From: Candidatus Latescibacterota bacterium
GTDB taxonomy: Bacteria > Latescibacterota > UBA2968 > UBA8231
NCBI GenBank assembly: GCA_963422735.1
Contig: OY730476.1
Location: forward strand, 768,001-832,000
Reading direction: 5' to 3'
Length of the DNA stretch: 64,000 bases
Position 1 is the first letter of the stretch, and each line of letters begins with the position of its first letter. This document shows positions 61,001-64,000 of the stretch, piece after piece. The notes under the pieces were generated by a model. The model did not search any database. It worked only from the letters and a program-made list of their open reading frames with translations, and had not been told where the DNA came from. A program made the position numbers and the translations under genes.

Positions 61001-62090
61001 CATCCCACTCGTCTTCTGCCCCGCCGGAGACCGCCACTGTGACATCAGCGGGAATCCGGGCGTACTGGAAACCTGTCAAAATCGGCGTGTTGTCGTGTTT
61101 GACGAGAATCGTGCCCGGCGCAAGGTTCCGGTGCAGCATGGGTTCCTCGCCCTCACCCGGTTCGTGCAACTTCGTCAATGCTTCTACTGCTTGCCGAGCG
61201 AAGTCTAGTCGCGCCTTCGCATCCCACGTATCGTCGGTGGCGCGGTGCTCAACGCTAGGAGCCGCCGGGTCTGCGACCGTGAAGAACCACATCTCGCCAG
61301 CATACCCCGGTGCCTCTTGGAATGAATCGACAATGCGCGGTGCCCAAGCGCGAAGTTGCAACCGGTGCAGCGCGTCAAATTCCCTCCGCACCCTCGCCTC
61401 TAGGTCCCGCTGTTCGGTTGCCGACACGTCATAGAGGTGCAGCAGCACGGGATCTCGACGGGTGGAATGCACACCCTTGTAGATTCGATGCAATCGCTCG
61501 TCCGTAGGCGTCTGGAGCGTCAGATTGACATAGCCAGCCAATCGTCTCAGCGCACCGTCCACAGCCACACTGGCCTTCGGGTACAAAGCTTTGCCCAGCA
61601 TTTTGACTTGCGACGGCGATAGGAACTCTGGCGCATCCAGTGCCAAGGCACCTTGCCAAGTTTTCAATGTGTGGAACCGAACGCCGCGAACTTCCCGTCC
61701 CTCAAGCGGCTTGACTTTCGCCGCATCCTGCGTGACCAAAAACACCCCATCCACCCGGCCGAGATCCGAGATCATCCGGCGCAAAGTGGTGCCGACCTTG
61801 CGCGCCTTGTCCGTTACGCGCTCGGCTTCGCGTTCCACAAGTTCGTCGTTCCGCTTCACCCAAGCCGCGTTCCAGTGTTTGACCTCAATGACCCGAACTC
61901 CAGGCGGGCCAATGGCGACAATGTCGATTTCGTCTGATTGGCGACGATGGGTGGTGGAAAACGCGAGATTCGTCAGCAGCAACCACTCGCCATCACCTGG
62001 TTCGGCTATCAGACGAGTCTTGAGTTGGGCAATAGCCTTGCGCTCGCTCTCGTTGACGGCTGGCCCACAGCTAATAGAGGTTACTTTCAT
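58062..62090 (-). CDS. NERD nuclease - pseudokinase - Ser/Thr kinase - DptF-like P-loop NTPase fusion
   Basis: EIDIVAIG..VIEVKHW; HRNL/TGF; GSGGVG, VAK, HGDVSPRN, DYD; LCGNAGDGKT, LAINDGRL, FDPA. Confidence 0.85.
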   Translation of the reverse strand: MKVTSISCGPAVNESERKAIAQLKTRLIAEPGDGEWLLLTNLAFSTTHRRQSDEIDIVAIGPPGVRVIEVKHWNAAWVKRNDELVEREAERVTDKARKVGTTLRRMISDLGRVDGVFLVTQDAAKVKPLEGREVRGVRFHTLKTWQGALALDAPEFLSPSQVKMLGKALYPKASVAVDGALRRLAGYVNLTLQTPTDERLHRIYKGVHSTRRDPVLLHLYDVSATEQRDLEARVRREFDALHRLQLRAWAPRIVDSFQEAPGYAGEMWFFTVADPAAPSVEHRATDDTWDAKARLDFARQAVEALTKLHEPGEGEEPMLHRNLAPGTILVKHDNTPILTGFQYARIPADVTVAVSGGAEDEWDVAVAPEIRKQGLGAADRRSDVYSLCASLSVLFEGREVEASRALAEGTGPHGHTADKAGQEVEASRALAEGTADDPAARTTLEKLHASLLDLLGEPPAVIAPPARFWTEDQIVNFRGRDYRIVSRLGSGGVGTTFKVVRIDGATGGDLGAYVAKVVSDEETGRRVLQAYNLAHSHLADSAALSTIFETAEEWRDNDFVALMRWIEGEPLSELAGVLPILAEDFHEESGEALALRWLRTVCDALDVLHRNGLVHGDVSPRNMIVADDEIVLTDYDCVAKVGEPVIPGTIIYSPHTHPKDRPAAPADDFFALAASFFQVLFEKEPFMYDGSRAKERGLNWDGVEREDYPTITAFLAKATDPDPEQRFASADEAKAALSPPSATEAESADESAEPPAEPPARRENEVRWLQSLLQSYPGSRWGNSETRGLDTNFAEQTYVETRLEEALYGDILCRKVRLVILCGNAGDGKTALLQHLAGRLGFGIHNSSERILEHPMDDGLIVRMNLDGSASWQGRSADELLDEFLQPFQQGAPGEDIVHLLAINDGRLLEWIDRAETPLTQALYNLLNGEESAPESHIRFISLNQRSLVGSVVPDEANIKTDFLDELIDSLYGKEKSPQIWAPCETCSAQDRCEVRRAMRRFGPKGLPGMAPEDERKRARQRLFEMLQAVHLRGETHITVRELRAALVYILFGVHFCSDYHSGEDAPLPYWERAFSPESPGRQGDVLQELIRFDPALEAHPQIDRRLLRTPSVDTSGGAPHYPGLTLEEARRRAYFEWTADDIAALAADPYALGLAQARYYREFSNLPSAEGDLDDLCRRLCEGIARLESLPPQALDRPGVVPLRITPRTPTETAFWVEKPLTSFRLEADLPAEAEGLDRLHRQAFLIYRYRGGRKERLRLGADLFHLLLELSDGYQLGDVSTDDTFAHLSIFVQRLVREDDRKVLAWNHMQDEAIYEVSAAIVKGAGADVQQQMIIQRLEE
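60788..60896. repeat. Perfect 37-bp direct repeat (72-bp period), in-frame within the kinase gene
   Basis: CCGTACCCTCGGCTAGCGCCCTGCTAGCCTCCACTTC at 60788-60824 and 60860-60896; EVEASRALAEGT twice. Confidence 0.9.
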
Positions 62091-62114
62091 CCGTTGTCGC
62101 CTTCCATGAGCATT

Positions 62115-62189
62115 TGAGAAAACGCTAGCTTTTTCCTACCTCACGCGATACTTCTCCACGGCCTCCATATCCAGCTCAACGCCCAGCCC
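62115..62189. repeat. Right 75-bp boundary repeat (functional 3' end of the enolase-family gene)
   Basis: Matches 51177..51251 at 66/75. Confidence 0.92.
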
Positions 62190-63140
62190 GGGTGCGTCCG
62201 GCACAACGACGAAGCCATCAACCGGCGTCAGCGCACCGCCGATTAGGTCGTCCTCGCGGGTGAAGTGCAGGCTGTCGGAAGGGATGGTGGCATTGGGAAT
62301 GGTTGCGTGGACATGCGTGCCATACGCGCCCGACACGCCTAACCCCAACCCCACGACCTGCAACCAAACCGGCATCCCGGCCGCTGCAGCCATGCCGGCG
62401 CATAGCTGTGCGCTCTCGACGGTGCCGCCCAAATTGAAGCAATCGGCCGCCTCGGCGCGGATCGCGCTCATCACTATCTGCGGATTGCCTAAATGGGGCG
62501 CGAGCCGAATGCGGGTGTGACGGCGAAAGTCGCGATACTGATGCCAGCCCGGCAAGTATTGGAAGGGATCCTCAAATGCCTCGATGTGATACGGCTCTAA
62601 TGACTCGGCCAGTCGCAGACTGGTACTCAAATCGCCGAAGGTGAAATTCGGATCGACGATAATGCCGTAGTCCGGGCCGGCGGCTTTGGTCATCAGCTTG
62701 ACGGTCTCGACGAGGTTCCAAGGCCGCGCCTTGAGTTTGTGGGTCTTAAACCCTCGCTTGGCCCCTTCCTCGGCCATAGCGGCGAATTCGCGCGGCTCCA
62801 GCGGCGGCGACCACCAGCCCACCGGCACTTGGTCCCAGTGCTTGGATCCCATCAGCTTCCAAGCCGGCACCCCGAGGGCCTTGCCGACGATGTCGTACAG
62901 GGCCATGATCATCGCCCCTCCTTTATCGCCCAAGTTGACCTGCATGGGATCGACGCCGATCCACTCGGCCTCCAAGCTCGATCCGCCGCGCCCCCCTTCA
63001 CCCACCCCGCAGATGCCCTCGTCGGTATGCACTTTGATCAGGCTGATGGGCCGTTCCAAGTAATCTCCGGGACGACTCTTTTCAATTGAGGGGATATGCG
63101 GCACCGCGGTGACAAACTCTTCGAGCTGGGTGATTTTCAC
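62136..63140 (-). CDS. Mandelate racemase/muconate lactonizing enzyme family protein
   Basis: TDEG..G.GE, YDIVGKALGVP, KLK, VDPN, EDP, PGLGVELD; GTG start with AGGAGG RBS. Confidence 0.9.
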   Translation of the reverse strand: MKITQLEEFVTAVPHIPSIEKSRPGDYLERPISLIKVHTDEGICGVGEGGRGGSSLEAEWIGVDPMQVNLGDKGGAMIMALYDIVGKALGVPAWKLMGSKHWDQVPVGWWSPPLEPREFAAMAEEGAKRGFKTHKLKARPWNLVETVKLMTKAAGPDYGIIVDPNFTFGDLSTSLRLAESLEPYHIEAFEDPFQYLPGWHQYRDFRRHTRIRLAPHLGNPQIVMSAIRAEAADCFNLGGTVESAQLCAGMAAAAGMPVWLQVVGLGLGVSGAYGTHVHATIPNATIPSDSLHFTREDDLIGGALTPVDGFVVVPDAPGLGVELDMEAVEKYRVR

Positions 63141-64000
63141 GAGTACACCTCCTTTAGCCAGTCCTCGGGGATATCGAGCCCAAAGCCGGGGCCTTTGGGC
63201 AGACCGAGCCGGCCGTTTCGTGGCACGTTGGTCCCCGGCGGAACTTTGTAGTGTCGCTGCCCCCACTTTGAAGGCGTCCCGATATAGCACTCGGCTAACG
63301 GCACCCCGGGCAAAGATCCAACGAAAAACTCGATCAGCGGGGTATTGGGCATCGCCGCCGTCCAATGCTGGCCATACGGATCGTTACCCCCGGTGTGCAG
63401 GCACATCTGGACGCTTTGCGAATCGGCGTAATGGGCCAGTTTCATCGCCTCGGTGAAGCCCCCTATCCAGTAGATATCGGCTTGGATCAAATCGACGAGT
63501 CGCTCCTGCACGGCCCTCATGCCGGGATGGCGAGTGGACCAGTGCTCGCCGTCGGCCAGCGTCTGCCAAGGTACGCGCTGGCGCAGGACGCGGTGCCCCT
63601 CCCAGTCGTAGGGCATCAGCATTTCCTCCATCCAGCGCATCCGATACGGCTTGAGCGCCTCGCAGATGCGCACGGCAAAGTCGAGATCAAAGGTCATCCA
63701 GCAATCGAGCATCAAATCGGCAGACGGGCCGATTAACTCGCGGCACTTGGCCATCAGTTCGACCGTGCCGTCGATTCCGGCTTGGCCATCAATGGGTCCG
63801 TGCGGACGGGCCAACTTAAACTTTTTGAAACCCAACTCCAAGTACCAATCGACGTCATTGCCGGTAGCATAGACGTCCATCTGGGTGCGCTGCGGGCCTC
63901 CGGCCAGCCGATAGACAGGCTGGTCGAGGGTTTTGCCCCATAGATCCCACAGCGCTAGATCGACCCCGGCGACCGCCCGCGCCGTAAGCCCTTCGTTGCC
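63137..64000 (-). CDS. Enolase-superfamily dehydratase (L-rhamnonate dehydratase-like), 5' part outside window
   Basis: DLALWDLWGK, YATGND, KLA, LDCWM, WMEE, GEH, PGFG. Confidence 0.85.
   Translation of the reverse strand, partial: GNEGLTARAVAGVDLALWDLWGKTLDQPVYRLAGGPQRTQMDVYATGNDVDWYLELGFKKFKLARPHGPIDGQAGIDGTVELMAKCRELIGPSADLMLDCWMTFDLDFAVRICEALKPYRMRWMEEMLMPYDWEGHRVLRQRVPWQTLADGEHWSTRHPGMRAVQERLVDLIQADIYWIGGFTEAMKLAHYADSQSVQMCLHTGGNDPYGQHWTAAMPNTPLIEFFVGSLPGVPLAECYIGTPSKWGQRHYKVPPGTNVPRNGRLGLPKGPGFGLDIPEDWLKEVYS

Larger units (their letters stand above)
51177..62189 (-). mobile_element. Integrase-less genomic island carrying a three-gene putative defence operon
   Basis: Bounded by 75-bp direct repeats; cargo ORFs fill 51268..62090 almost exactly. 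Confidence 0.75.

Noticed and set aside
51268-62090. Canonical BREX/Pgl or complete Dnd system
   Set aside because: No pglX/pglY/pglZ or dndABCDE within the repeat-bounded island or elsewhere in the window
1539-63872. Numerous antisense and alternate-frame ORFs in the track (e.g. 3364..4218, 34852..35709, 55486..56241)
   Set aside because: Shadow ORFs of GC-rich coding genes, with no motifs and Arg/Pro/Ala-biased composition
1-64000. CRISPR array
   Set aside because: All repeats found have only two copies; no repeat-spacer periodicity and no cas genes

Overview
GC-rich bacterial chromosomal segment. FlgD-Ig-tailed secreted protein, phytanoyl-CoA dioxygenase and tandem enolase-superfamily genes suggest a Latescibacterota/Gemmatimonadota-like lineage (inference only). 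Most of the window is housekeeping: hemL, YmfF/YmfH-like M16 peptidases, gmd, gcvP/gcvT, coaE, clpP/clpX, epmA, trxA, holA, hisN, a sigma-70 factor, rph, smpB, three tRNAs (Leu-CAG, Arg-CCT, Lys-TTT), and a complete alternative complex III (actABCDEF) plus A2-type caa3 oxidase operon. The standout feature is a 10.9-kb, three-gene putative anti-phage island (51.3-62.1 kb). It encodes a NERD nuclease-pseudokinase-kinase module (PglW-like) fused to a DptF/DndF-like P-loop domain, a DptG-like protein, and a DptH-like nuclease-HerA/FtsK ATPase, with no DNA-modification genes or integrase. It is bounded by a 75-bp imperfect duplication of the 3' end of the upstream host gene. The same architecture (co-oriented defence/TA cargo directly behind a host gene, followed by a diverged second copy of that gene's 3' end) recurs at about 1.0-1.45 kb and 43.7-44.2 kb. 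Also notable: an uncalled 19-aa Asp-rich microprotein with its own RBS before hemL, and a palindromic tandem repeat inserted in-frame in gcvP. All family assignments come from motif recognition, not database searches.
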